This document shows positions 49,101-61,281 of a stretch of 64,000 bases of DNA, piece by piece (positions within the stretch are counted from its first letter, which is position 1; each line of letters starts with the position of its first letter). The notes beneath the pieces are model-generated. The model made no database searches and was not told where the DNA came from. It saw nothing but the letters and a program-made list of their open reading frames with translations. Position numbers and translations under genes: made by a program. The stretch comes from Macrostomum lignano (taxonomy: Eukaryota), in contig NIVC01001913.1 in NCBI GenBank assembly GCA_002269645.1, positions 124,001 to 188,000 of the forward strand, read 5' to 3'.

Positions 49101-52100
49101 TGAGGGTGAGACAGTGGGTGAGAGTGAGACAGAGATTGAAAATGAGACAGGGATTGAGAGTGAGACAGAGATTGAGAGTGAGACAGAGATTGAGAGTGAG
49201 ACAGAGATTGAAAATGAGACAGGGATTGAGAGTGAGACAGAGATTGAGAGTGAGTCAGAGATTGAGAGTGAGACAGAGATTGAGAGTGAGACAGGGATTG
49301 AGAGTGAGACAGAGATTGAGAGTGAGACAGAGATTGAGAGTGAGACAGAGATTGAAAATGAGACAGGGATTGAGAGTGAGACAGAGATTGAGAGTGAGAC
49401 AGGGATTGAGAGTGAGACAGAGATTGAGAGTGAGACAGAGATTGAGAGTGAGACAGAGATTGAGAGTGAGACAGAGATTGAGAGTGAGACAGAGATTGAG
49501 AGTGAGACAGAGATTGAGAGTGAGACAGAGATTGAGAGTGAGACAGAGATTGAGAGTGAGACAGAGATTGAGAGTGAGTCAGAGATTGAGAGTGAAACAG
49601 AGATTGAGAGTGAGGCAGAGATTGAGAGTGAGACAGAGATTGAGAGTGAGACAGGGATTGAGAGTGAGACAGAGATTGAGAGTGAGTCAGAGATTGAGAG
49701 TGAGACTGTGGGTGAGAGTGAGACAGTGGGTGAGAGTGAGACATTGGGAGAGTGAGACAGTGGGTGAGAGTGAGACAGTGGGTGAGAGTGAGACAGTGGG
49801 TGAGAGTGAGACAGTGGGTGAGGGTGAGACAGTGGGTGAGAGTGAGACAGAGATTGAAAATGAGACAGGGATTGAGAGTGAGACAGAGATTGAGAGTGAG
49901 ACAGAGATTGAGAGTGAGACAGAGATTGAAAATGAGACAGGGATTGAGAGTGAGACAGAGATTGAGAGTGAAACAGAGATTGAGAGTGAGACAGAGATTG
50001 AAAATGAGACAGGGATTGAGAGTGAGACAGAGATTGAGAGTGAGACAGAGATTGAGAGTGAGTCAGAGATTGAGAGTGAGGCAGAGATTGAGAGTGAGAC
50101 AGAGATTGAGAGTGAGTCAGAGATTGAGAGTGAGACAGAGATTGAGAGTGAGTCAGAGATTGAGAGTGAGACAGAGATTGAGAGTGAGGCAGAGATTGAG
50201 AGTGAGACAGAGATTGAGAGTGAGACAGAGATTGAGAGTGAGACAGAGATTGAGAGTGAGACAGAGATTGAGAGTGAGACAGAGATTGAGAGTGAGACAG
50301 AGATTGAGAGTGAGACAGAGATTGCGAGTGAGACAGAGATTGAGAGTGAGACAGAGATTGAGAGTGAGACAGAGATTGAGAGTGAGACAGAGATTGAGAG
50401 TGAGACAGAGATTGAGAGTGAACAGAGATTGAGAGTGAGACAGAGATTGAGAGTGAAACAGAGATTGAAAATGAGACAGGGATTGAGAGTGAGACAGAGA
50501 TTGAGAGTGAGTCAGAGATTGAGAGTGAGACAGAGATTGAGAGTGAGGCAGAGATTGAGAGTGAGACAGAGATTGAGAGTGAGACAGGGATTGAGAGTGA
50601 GACAGAGATTGAGAGTGAGTCAGAGATTGAGAGTGAGGCAGAGATTGAGAGTGAGACAGAGATTGAGAGTGAGACAGAGATTGAGAGTGAGACAGAGATT
50701 GAGAGTGAGACAGAGATTGAGAGTGAGTCAGAGATTGAGAGTGAGACAGGGATTGAGAGTGAGACAGAGATTGAGAGTGAGACAGGGATTGAGAGTGAGA
50801 CAGAGATTGAGAGTGAGACAGGGATTGAGAGTGAGTCAGAGATTGAGAGTGAGGCAGAGATTGAGAGTGAGACAGAGATTGAGAGTGAGTCAGAGATTGA
50901 GAGTGAGACAGAGATTGAGAGTGAGGCAGAGATTGAAAGTGAGACAGAGATTGAGAGTGAGACAGAGATTGAGAGTGAGTCAGAGATTGAGAGTGAGACA
51001 GAGATTGAAAGTGAGACAGAGATTGAGAATGAGACAGAGATTGAGAGTGAGACAGAGATTGAGAGTGAGACAGAGATTGAGAGTGAGACAGAGATTGAGA
51101 GTGAGACAGAGATTGAGAGTGAGACAGAGATTGAGAGTGAGGCAGAGATTGAGAGTGAAACAGAGATTGAGAGTGAGACAGAGATTGAGAGTGAAACAGA
51201 GATTGAAAAAGAGACAGGGATTGAGAGTGAGACAGAGATTGAGAGTGAGTCAGAGATTGAGAGTGAGTCAGAGATTGAGAGTGAGGCAGAGATTGAGAGT
51301 GAGACAGAGATTGAGAGTGAGTCAGAGATTGAGAGTGAGACAGAGATTGAGAGTGAGGCAGAGATTGAGAGTGAGACAGAGATTGAGAGTGAGACAGGGA
51401 TTGAGAGTGAGACAGAGATTGAGAGTGAGACAGAGATTGAGAGTGAGACAGAGATTGAGAGTGAGACAGAGATTGAGAGTGAGACAGAGATTGAGAGTGA
51501 GACAGAGACTGAGAGTGAGTCAGAGATTGAGAGTGAGACAGAGATTGAGAGTGAGTCAGAGATTGAGAGTGAGTCAGAGATTGAGAGTGAGTCAGAGATT
51601 GAGAGTGAGACAGAGATTGAGAGTGAGGCAGAGATTGAGAGTGAGACAGAGATTGAGAGTGAGACAGGGATTGAGAGTGAGACAGAGATTGAGAGTGAGA
51701 CAGAGATTGAGAGTGAGACAGAGATTGAGAGTGAGACAGAGATTGAGAGTGAGACAGAGATTGAGAGTGAGTCAGAGATTGAGAGTGAGACAGAGATTGA
51801 GAGTGAGGCAGAGATTGAGAGTGAGACAGAGATTGAGAGTGAGACAGGATTGAGAGTGAGACAGAGATTGAGAGTGAGTCAGAGATTGAGAGTGAGACAG
51901 AGATTGAGAGTGAGACAGAGATTGAGAGTGAGACAGAGATTGAGAGTGAGACAGAGATTGAGAGTGAGACAGAGATTGAGAGTGAGACAGAGATTGAGAG
52001 TGAGACAGAGATTGAGAGTGAGACAGAGATTGAGAGTGAGACAGAGATTGAGAGTGAGACAGAGATTGAGAGTGAGACAGAGATTGAGAGTGAGACAGAG

Positions 52101-55100
52101 ATTGAGAGTGAGACAGAGATTGAGAGTGAGACAGAGATTGAGAGTGAGACAGAGATTGAGAGTGAGACAGGGATTGAGAGTGAGACAGAGATTGAGAGTG
52201 AGACAGGGATTGAGAGTGAGTCAGAGATTGAGAGTGAGGCAGAGATTGAGAGTGAGACAGAGATTGAGAGTGAGTCAGAGATTGAGAGTGAGACAGAGAT
52301 TGAGAGTGAGGCAGAGATTGAGAGTGAGACAGAGATTGAGAGTGAGACAGGGATTGAGAGTGAGACAGAGATTGAGAGTGAGACAGAGATTGAGAGTGAG
52401 ACAGAGATTGAGAATGAGACAGAGATTGAGAGTGAGACAGAGATTGAGAGTGAGACAGGGATTGAGAGTGAGACAGAGATTGAGAGTGAGACAGAGATTG
52501 AGAGTGAGACAGAGATTGAGAGTGAGTCAGAGATTGAGAGTGAAACAGAGATTGAGAGTGAGACAGAGATTGAGAGTGAAACAGAGATTGAAAAAGAGAC
52601 AGGGATTGAGAGTGAGACAGAGATTGAGAGTGAGTCAGAGATTGAGAGTGAGACAGAGATTGAGAGTGAGGCAGAGATTGAGAGTGAGTCAGAGATTGAG
52701 AGTGAGACAGGGATTGAGAGTGAGTCAGAGATTGAGAGTGAGTCAGAGATTGAGAGTGAGGCAGAGATTGAGAGTGAGACAGAGATTGAGAGTGAGACAG
52801 AGATTGAGAGTGAGACAGAGATTGAGAGTGAGACAGAGATTCAGAGTGAGACAGAGATTGAAAATGAGACAGGGATTGAGAGTGAGACAGAGATTGAGAG
52901 TGAGTCAGAGATTGAGAGTGAGACAGGGATTGAGAGTGAGACAGGGATTGAGAGTGAGTCAGAGATTGAGAGTGGGACAGAGATTGAGAGTGAGACAGAG
53001 ATTGAGAGTGAGACAGGGATTCAGAGTGAGTCAGAGATTGAGAGTGAGACAGAGATTGAGAGTGAGACAGGGATTGAGAGTGAGACAGAGATTGAGAGTG
53101 AGACAGAGATTGAGAGTGAGACAGAGATTGAAAATGAGACAGGAATTGAGAGTGAGACAGAGATTGAGAGTGAGTCAGAGATTGAGAGTGAGACAGAGAT
53201 TGAAAATGAGACAGGGATTGAGAGTGAGACAGAGATTGAGAGTGAGACAGAGATTGAGAGTGAGACAGAGATTGAAAATGAGACAGGGATTGAGAGTGAG
53301 ACAGAGATTGAGAGTGAGACAGAGATTGAGAGTGAGACAGAGATTGAGAGTGAGACAGAGATTGAGAGTGAGACAGAGATTGAGAGTGAGACAGAGATTG
53401 AGAGTGAGACAGAGATTGAGAGTGAACAGAGATTGAGAGTGAGGCAGAGATTGAGAGTGAGACAGAGATTGAGAGTGAGACAGGGATTGAGAGTGAGACA
53501 GAGATTGAGAGTGAGTCAGAGATTGAGAGTGAGACTGTGGGTGAGAGTGAGACAGTGGGTGAGAGTGAGACATTGGGTGAGAGTGAGACAGTGGGTGAGA
53601 GTGAGACAGTGGGTGAGAGTGAGACAGGGGTGAGAGTGAGTCAGAGATTGAGAGTGAGGCAGAGATTGAGAGTGAGACAGAGATTGAGAGTGAGTCAGAG
53701 ATTGAGAGTGAGACAGAGATTGAGAGTGAGACAGAGATTGAGAGTGAGACAGAGATTGAGAGTGAGACAGAGATTGAGAGTGAGACAGAGATTGAGAGTG
53801 AGACAGAGATTGAGAGTGAGACAGAGATTGAGAGTGAGACAGAGATTGAGAGTGAGACAGAGATTGAGAGTGAGACAGAGATTGAGAGTGAGACAGAGAT
53901 TGAGAGTGAGACAGAGATTGAGAGTGAGACAGAGATTGAGAGTGAGACAGAGATTGAGAGTGAGACAGAGATTGAGAGTGAGTCAGAGATTGAGAGTGAG
54001 ACAGAGATTGAGTGAGGCAGAGATTGAGAGTGAGACAGAGATTGAAGTGAGACAGGGATTGAGAGTGAGACAGAGATTGAGAGTGAGTCAGAGATTGAGA
54101 GTGAGACAGAGATTGAGAGTGAGACAGCAGAGATTGAGAGTGAGACAGAGATTGAAGAGTGAGACAGGGATTGAGAGTGAGACAGAGATTGAGAGTGAGT
54201 CAGAGATTGAGAGTGAGACAGAGATTGAGAGTGAGACAGAGATTGAGAGTGAGACAGAGATTGAGAGTGAGACAGGGATTGAGAGTGAGACAGAGATTGA
54301 GAGTGAGTCAGAGATTGAGAGTGAGACAGAGATTGAGAGTGAGACAGAGATTGAGAGTGAGACAGAGATTGAGAGTGAGACAGAGATTGAGAGTGAGACA
54401 GAGATTGAGAGTGAGACAGAGATTGAGAGTGAGACAGAGATTGAGAGTGAGACAGAGATTGAGAGTGAGACAGAGATTGAGAGTGAGACAGAGATTGAGA
54501 GTGAGACAGAGATTGAGAGTGAGACAGAGATTGAGAGTGAGACAGAGATTGAGAGTGAGACAGAGATTGAGAGTGAGACAGAGATTGAGAGTGAGACAGA
54601 GATTGAGAGTGAGACAGAGATTGAGAGTGAGACAGAGATTGAGAGTGAGACAGAGATTGAGAGTGAGACAGAGATTGAGAGTGAGACAGAGATTGAGAGT
54701 GAGTCAGAGATTGAGAGTGAGACAGAGATTGAGAGTGAGGCAGAGATTGAGAGTGAGACTGTAGTGCATGCGCCCTTGTCAGTTGGCAGGGCGCGTTGCA
54801 CTTTGGGGCTGGTTGGGGGGGTTGGCGGGCGTGGCAGGGTTTGGCCGCCGGCCGGGCTTTGCGCGTGCCCCTCCCCAGCCGTGCCCCTGCCCCGTGCTCA
54901 GGGCTGGTTGGCTGCGGCCGGGCCAGCTTTGGCGCGGGTGCTGCCCCTCCCCCCTTAGGCGGGGTTTTGATTGGCTGGGCCGGCGTGGTTTGTTTTGGTG
55001 AGCTTAGCCGGTGGGGCCGTCTGCCCCAGGGTTTGGGTGCTATTTATGGTGCGACTCTGGCTCTTGCCCACCTCCTGCGTGCTTTTTGTGTTTTGGTGTG

Positions 55101-56960
55101 CTCCGAGAGTGCAAGCGCGAGACCTGATAAAAGAAACAGCAACATTAGCTACTTCGATAAAAGAAACAGCAACATTAGCTACTTCGATAAAAGAAACACA
55201 ATAGCCTAATTGAGAAGAGTCTTGGAGAATTAAGAAGAAGTCGGAAACTGCGCTTGAGACCTGCGAATAATAAACGGGGAACAGTCATCTGGCCACTGGT
55301 AAGCCGCCTGCTGTTTGAGTCCTTTCTTTTCGGGAAGCTTGCTAGGCCGAATTCTTGCCAGAGCGTCATAACGCCGGGAGACCACATAGCTTCTGTAGTA
55401 CGGTACCGTTTACCATATATATTGCGTACGCCCTACGGTATAGAGAATAGAAGCACTCAAGAGTGTCACCATACCTCGAGCCGCAGCGTGAACTCTGAGT
55501 GTCACAACACCAGAGGGATCGAATTATTATCGCAGAGCGTCGCCACGCCTGCTCGTCGTATTCATAAAAGTACAGACAGAGCGTCACAACGTCTGTTATA
55601 TCACATATAATATATATATTGTACTCGGGACTGGGCACCCAAGCCGACCCGGGTTACAACAAGACAGAGATTGAGAGTGAGACAGAGATTGAGAGTGAGA
55701 CAGAGATTGAGAGTGAGACAGGGATTGAGAGTGAGACAGAGATTGAGAGTGAGTCAGAGATTGAGAGTGAGGCAGAGATTGAGAGTGAGACAGAGATTGA
55801 GAGTGAGACAGAGATTGAGAGTGAGACAGAGATTGAGAGTGAGACAGAGATTGAGAGTGAGACAGAGATTGAGAGTGAGACAGAGATTGAGAGTGAGACA
55901 GAGATTGAGAGTGAAACAGAGATTGAGAGTGAGACAGAGATTGAGAGTGAGACAGAGATTGAGAGTGAAACAGAGATTGAGAGTGAGACAGAGATTGAGA
56001 GTGAAACAGAGATTGAGAGTGAGACAGAGATTGAGAGTGAGACAGAGATTGGGAGTGAGACAGAGATTGAGAGTGAGACAGAGATTGAAAATGAGACAGG
56101 GATTGAGAGTGAGACAGAGATTGAGAGTGAGTCAGAGATTGAGAGTGAGACAGAGATTGAGAGTGAGGCAGAGATTGAGAGTGAGACAGGGATTGAGAGT
56201 GAGACAGAGATTGAGAGTGAGTCAGAGATTGAGAGTGAGGCAGAGATTGAGAGTGAGACAGAGATTGAGAGTGAGACAGAGATTGAGAGTGAGACAGAGA
56301 TTGAGAGTGAGACAGAGATTGAGAGTGAGACAGGGATTGAGAGTGAGACAGAGATTGAGAGTGAGACAGAGATTGAGAGTGAGACAGGGATTGAGAGTGA
56401 GACAGAGATTGAGAGTGAGACAGAGATTGAGAGTGAGACAGAGATTGAAAATGAGACAGGGATTGAGAGTGAGACAGAGATTGAGAGTGAGTCAGAGATT
56501 GAGAGTGAGGCAGAGATTGAGAGTGAGACAGAGATTGAGAGTGAGACAGAGATTGAGAGTGAGACAGGGATTGAGAGTGAGACAGAGATTGAGAGTGAGA
56601 CAGAGATTGAGAGTGAGACAGGGATTGAGAGTGAGACAGAGATTGAGAGTGAGACAGAGATTGAGAGTGAAACAGAGATTGAGATTGAGACAGAGATTGA
56701 GAGTGAGACAGAGATTGAGAGTGAGACAGAGATTGAGAGTGAGACAGGGATTGAGAGTGAGACAGAGATTGAGAGTGAGACAGAGATTGAGAGTGAGACA
56801 GGGATTGAGAGTGAGACAGAGATTGAGAGTGAGACAGAGATTGAGAGTGAAACAGAGATTGAGATTGAGACAGAGATTTAGAGTGAGACAGAGATTGAGA
56901 GTGAGTCAGAGATTGAGAGTGAGGCAGAGATTGAGAGTGAGACAGAGAGTGAGGCAGAGA
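43167..56960. repeat. About 13.8 kb 18-bp GA-rich satellite (GAGATTGAGAGTGAGACA) with interspersed GTGGGT-type cassettes; interrupted by the solo LTR
   Basis: About 700 units; source of the (IESETE)n, (RVRQRL)n and (SHSQSL)n ORFs. Confidence 0.98.
54760..55661 (+). mobile_element. Solo LTR (902 bp) of an LTR retrotransposon, probably Ty3/gypsy-like, inserted in the 18-bp satellite
   Basis: TGTAGT...ACAACA termini; 4-bp TSD AGAC (54756-54759, 55662-55665) that restores the satellite register; GC-rich 5' part with reverse CCAAT (about 54970) and TATTTAT (about 55041); AATAAA at 55269; internal 30-bp tandem duplication at about 55126-55198. Confidence 0.85.
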
Positions 56961-56967
56961 CAGAGAC

Positions 56968-57062
56968 AGAAAGTCAGGGTTGCAGTACAGCCTGTGTGCA
57001 TGAGTGCAGTGCTTGCGTACAGTATTGGTGCGCTTGAAAGTGCTCAGGAGTCAGTGGAACGG
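56968..57062 (+). mobile_element. Diverged copy of the dispersed repeat body seen at 4870-4970
   Basis: agaaagtcagggttgcagtacagcctgtgtgcatgagtgc...gtacagtattggtgcgct...gtgctcaggagtcagtggaac aligns with 4871-4968. Confidence 0.7.
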
Positions 57063-57756
57063 GCAGAACTGCCTCAGAGCTGGTTGTGGGACCGATGTCA
57101 ACGAAGGCCACCTGTGAATAGTTATCTTCCATCAATTATATCATTCTCTTATGACAAGCAACAGAACGCTGCACTTTTATCGTTGGCAACAAGGACATTT
57201 TCTTTTTATAGCCAGCAAGGAAAGGCCCTCATCAAAATCTTTCTCATCTGCAGCTCCGCCCTCTGGTTGACCGGATTTCGGCTAAGAATCGTTGCTGGGC
57301 AAAGCAGTCTCTCGAAGAAGGCTGATATGGCGGATAAAACCAGCGGATGAAAAGAAGTTAAGTGGGGCTCTGGACTCGCTTCGGCCTCTCAAATGTATCT
57401 ATATATTTTTTCCTTGTTGCCCCACCCCACCGAGCGCGTGCGCTCTTCCGGCCGAGGAAATCGAGAAGCCGCCCGCTGGCTTCATCAGAGTCTCCTTCTG
57501 CTGCTCTGCGGAGCTCTCTCTGCTTCTGTTTGAGGACTCTCTCCAGGCTATTCAACTGCCTGAGCCCAATTTGCCTTATGCAATTCTGCTCAGGATTTCG
57601 GTGCTTGCGTGTACCCTATTGCGAACGATACCTGCCTGCGGGAGATACACGCAGACGGGGATGCCGCTTCCCTGGATTTAAGCGCTTAGAAAAATTCTCC
57701 CCGATTTACACCGAGAGCATTTGATGGACTGACAGGAAGTAAATCAAGGTCACGTG

Positions 57757-59098
57757 TGTGAGAGTGAGACAGAGGGGGAGAGTGAGACATTGGGTGAGAG
57801 TGAGCCAGTGGGTGAGAGTGAGACATTGGGTGAGAGTGAGCCAGTGGGTGAGAGTAAGACAGTGGGGTGAGGGGGAGACAGAGATTGAGAGTGAGACAGT
57901 GGGTGAGAGTGAGACATTGGGTGAGAGTGAGACAGTGAGTGAGAGTTAGATAGTGGGTGAGAGTAAGACAGAGGGGAGAGTGAGACAGAGGGGGAGAGTG
58001 AGACAGTGGGTGAGAGTGAGACAGAGGGGGAGAGTGAGACAGTGGGTGAGGGGGAGACATTGGGTGAGAGTGAGACAGTGGGTGAGAGTGAGACATTGGG
58101 TGAGAGTGAGACAGTGGGGGAGAGTGAGACACATTGGGTGAGAGTGAGACAGAGGGTGAGAGTGAGACATTGGTTGAGAGTGAGACAGTGGGTGAGAGTG
58201 AGACATTGGGTGAGAGTGAGATATTGGGTGAGAGTGAGACAGAGGGTGAGAGTGAGACATTGGTTGAGAGTGAGACAATGGTTGAGAGTGAGACAGAGGG
58301 TGAGAGTGAGACATTGGGTGAGAGTGAGCCAGTGGGTGAGAGTAAGACAGTGGGGTGAGGGGGAGACAGAGATTGAGAGTGAGACAGTGGGTGAGAGTGA
58401 GACATTGGGTGAGAGTGAGACAGTGAGTGAGAGTTAGATAGTGGGTGAGAGTAAGACAGAGGGGAGAGTGAGACAGAGGGGGAGAGTGAGACAGTGGGTG
58501 AGAGTGAGACAGAGGGGGAGAGTGAGACAGTGGGTGAGGGGGAGACATTGGGTGAGAGTGAGACAGTGGGTGAGAGTGAGACATTGGGTGAGAGTGAGAC
58601 AGTGGGGGAGAGTGAGACATTGGGTGAGAGTGAGACAGAGGGTGAGAGTGAGACATTGGTTGAGAGTGAGACAGTGGGTGAGAGTGAGACATTGGGTGAG
58701 AGTGAGATATTGGGTGAGAGTGAGACAGAGGGTGAGAGTGAGACATTGGTTGAGAGTGAGACAATGGTTGAGAGTGAGACAGAGGGTGAGAGTGAGACAT
58801 TGGGTGAGAGTGATACATTGGGTGAGAGTGAGACAGTGAGTGAGAGTGAGACATTGGGTGAGAGTGAGACAGAGGGTGAGAGTGAGACATTGGGTGAGAG
58901 TGAGACAGAGGGTGAGAGTGAGACATTGGGTGAGAGTGAGACCGAGGGTGAGAGTGATACATTGGGTGAGAGTGAGACAGTGAGTGAGAGTGAGACATTG
59001 GGTGAGAGTGAGACAGAGGGGGAGAGTGAGACATTGGGTGAGAGTGAGACAGAGGGTGAGAGTGAGACATTGGGTGAGAGTGAGCCAGTGGGTGAGAA
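57757..59098. repeat. 18-bp satellite, B-variant block (GTGGGT/TTGGGT/GAGGGT-GAGAGTGAGACA) with a 488-bp internal duplication
   Basis: Marker GAGAGTTAGATAGTGGG at 57946 and 58434. Confidence 0.96.
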
Positions 59099-59807
59099 CC
59101 AAAGCCAAATTGCAGGCTCATTCCCTGAGGCTTGGATTCTCTCCGACTCGAGCCGGGACGTCCGTGCGTGACGGCGCATACGAGGGGGGCTGCGTTGTTG
59201 TCCGCTCGTCCCCCTCAGCCTCCCAGGGCACCTACTTAAACCTGGCCTCATCGCTACTCAGTCAGCTGCTGCCCCCGCACTCCGCACCTCACTCCTGCCA
59301 CGTTTTGGTTTGGTTGGCTGGGCGGCGTGGGGGCGGCGGCGAGATGAGTTCATCTCAGGTCAAGCTTTGCCGCGCCTTCTCTTATTCAGCCCTGGATGAG
59401 CAGCTGGGGCTGGCCTGGATCGGGAGGGGGCGGTTCTGCCTGGGGTTTGAGCTTCTGTCCCTCAATCACTTTCCCAATCCTCCCAAGCAGTCGCAGTTGA
59501 GATGAGCTCACTTTTCTTACTTTTAAAGAGCTGCCATTAAAGCCCCTTTCTCCTTCTCGCCTTAAATTTGCTTTTGCACGCCTCCGTGATACCGCCCGCC
59601 TCACACGGAAGCTCTCTAATTACTCTTGCTTTATGAGGCTTCGGTTCTTCAAGATCTCTTGGATGTCCCAGGCAGTGCTGCATACATTTTGAAAACAGCC
59701 ATGAGTGGCAAATTGCAGTAGTATACAGTTTTTGCTAATTTTTTACAATTTTAGCAATGTCCGCGCACCATAGCTACAATGATGCGAAGGAAGAAAATGA
59801 CTAAAAA

Positions 59808-60580
59808 TAGTGATCAACAATGACTTATAATAGTGATCAACAATGACTGAAAATAGTGATCAACAATGACTTATAATAGTGATTAACAATGACTGAAAAT
59901 AGTGATCAACAATGACTGAAAATAGTGATCAACAATGACTGAAAATAGTGATCAACAATGACTGAAAATAGTGATCAACAATGACTGAAAATAGTGATCA
60001 ACAATGACTGAAAATAGTGATCAACAATGACCGAAAATAGTGATCAACAATGACTGAAAATAGTGATCAACAGTGACTGAAAATAGTGATCAACAATGAC
60101 TGAAAATAGTGATCAACAATGACTGAAAATAGTGATCAACAATGACTGAAAATATTGATCAACAATGACCGAAAGTAGTGATCAACAATGACTAAAATAG
60201 TGATCAACAATGACTGAAAATAGTGATCAACAATGACTGAAAATAGTGATCAACAATGACTGAAAATAGTGATCAACAATGACTGAAAATATTGATCAAC
60301 AATGACCGAAAATACGAGTTGGTGATCAACAATGACCGAAGATATGAGTTGGTGATCAACAATGACCGAAGATATGAGTTGGTGATCAACAATGACCGAA
60401 GATATGAGTTGGTGATCAACAATGACCGAAGATATGAGTTGGTGATCAACAATGACCGAAGATACGAGTTGGTGATCAACAATGACCGAAGATATGAGTT
60501 GGTGATCAACAATGACCGAAGATACGAGTTGGTGATCAACAATGACCGAAGATACGAGTTGGTGATCAACAATGACCGAA
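59808..60580. repeat. Compound minisatellite: 23-bp unit switching to a 30-bp unit with shared core TGATCAACAATGAC
   Basis: GACTGAAAATAGTGATCAACAAT up to about 60300, then GACCGAAGATATGAGTTGGTGATCAACAAT. Confidence 0.96.
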
Positions 60581-61281
60581 ATGAATGGCACTAACCGAAA
60601 AGTACAGAGCAATTTTCAATTTGGCAGTCATGCCGCCTGCAATGCATGACTGTCGAGAAGCCGCTGCCACAATGCGAATAAAAAGAATTCTTAATTGAAC
60701 TCTTTGAATCTGGAATATAATCAGATAGCCGGGTAGTCAGGCCGGCCTCCCACGCTGAAGTCAAGAGTCTTGTCCTTTGTCTTCGCTAATGGACCCAACT
60801 GTATCGTTGCATTAGGAAAATTTCATTTTTTTCGCCTCCGCCCACAAAGTCTTGGATAAAAGCCAAGTCTGCTGACTCTCCACTTCCTTCTTTTAAACCT
60901 CCATCTTTGTTGCGACCCAACCCCGTGGCGTCAACGTTTGCAATTGCGCAGCGCTGGGCGACTTTCTTGTCAATTGGGAATCGGGCCGGCTATAGAGCTG
61001 GCCGGCTTTTATCCGCCCCCTGCTATTCCCCTCACCCCCTCCCCGACCCACCGTATTCAGCACTCCCTACACCCTCCATCACAGCCGTCCCTTCTTCCCC
61101 AACCACCAATCCATCCCCAGCGTCCCCTCCCTGGCCGCCCCTCCCCCCAACCCCGAGTGCCTCGCCAGCACCCCCACCATGGACTATTTTAGCGGCACCG
61201 GGGGCGCTCCGCCGCTGCCCCAGCTGTTCTGTTATCCCGCTGCCTCCGCCCACGCATCCACCACCGCAGCCTGTCAGTCTG

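Noticed and set aside
43077-57350. Giant ORFs (IESETE)n, (RVRQRL)n and (SHSQSL)n of up to 2260 aa as a repetitive structural or adhesive protein
   Set aside because: The unit lacks stops in several frames by composition. Frame-breaking indels are copied between duplicated blocks, variants are often non-synonymous, and a solo LTR interrupts the array. Expression or proteomic evidence would be needed to revive the idea.
60907-61281. TTG-initiated Pro-rich N-terminal extension of the GPCR (566-aa ORF call)
   Set aside because: There is no ATG, and C-rich sequence stays open by composition. The first ATG at 61282 gives a normal N-terminus with a sequon. It would be reinstated only if cDNA shows an upstream coding exon.
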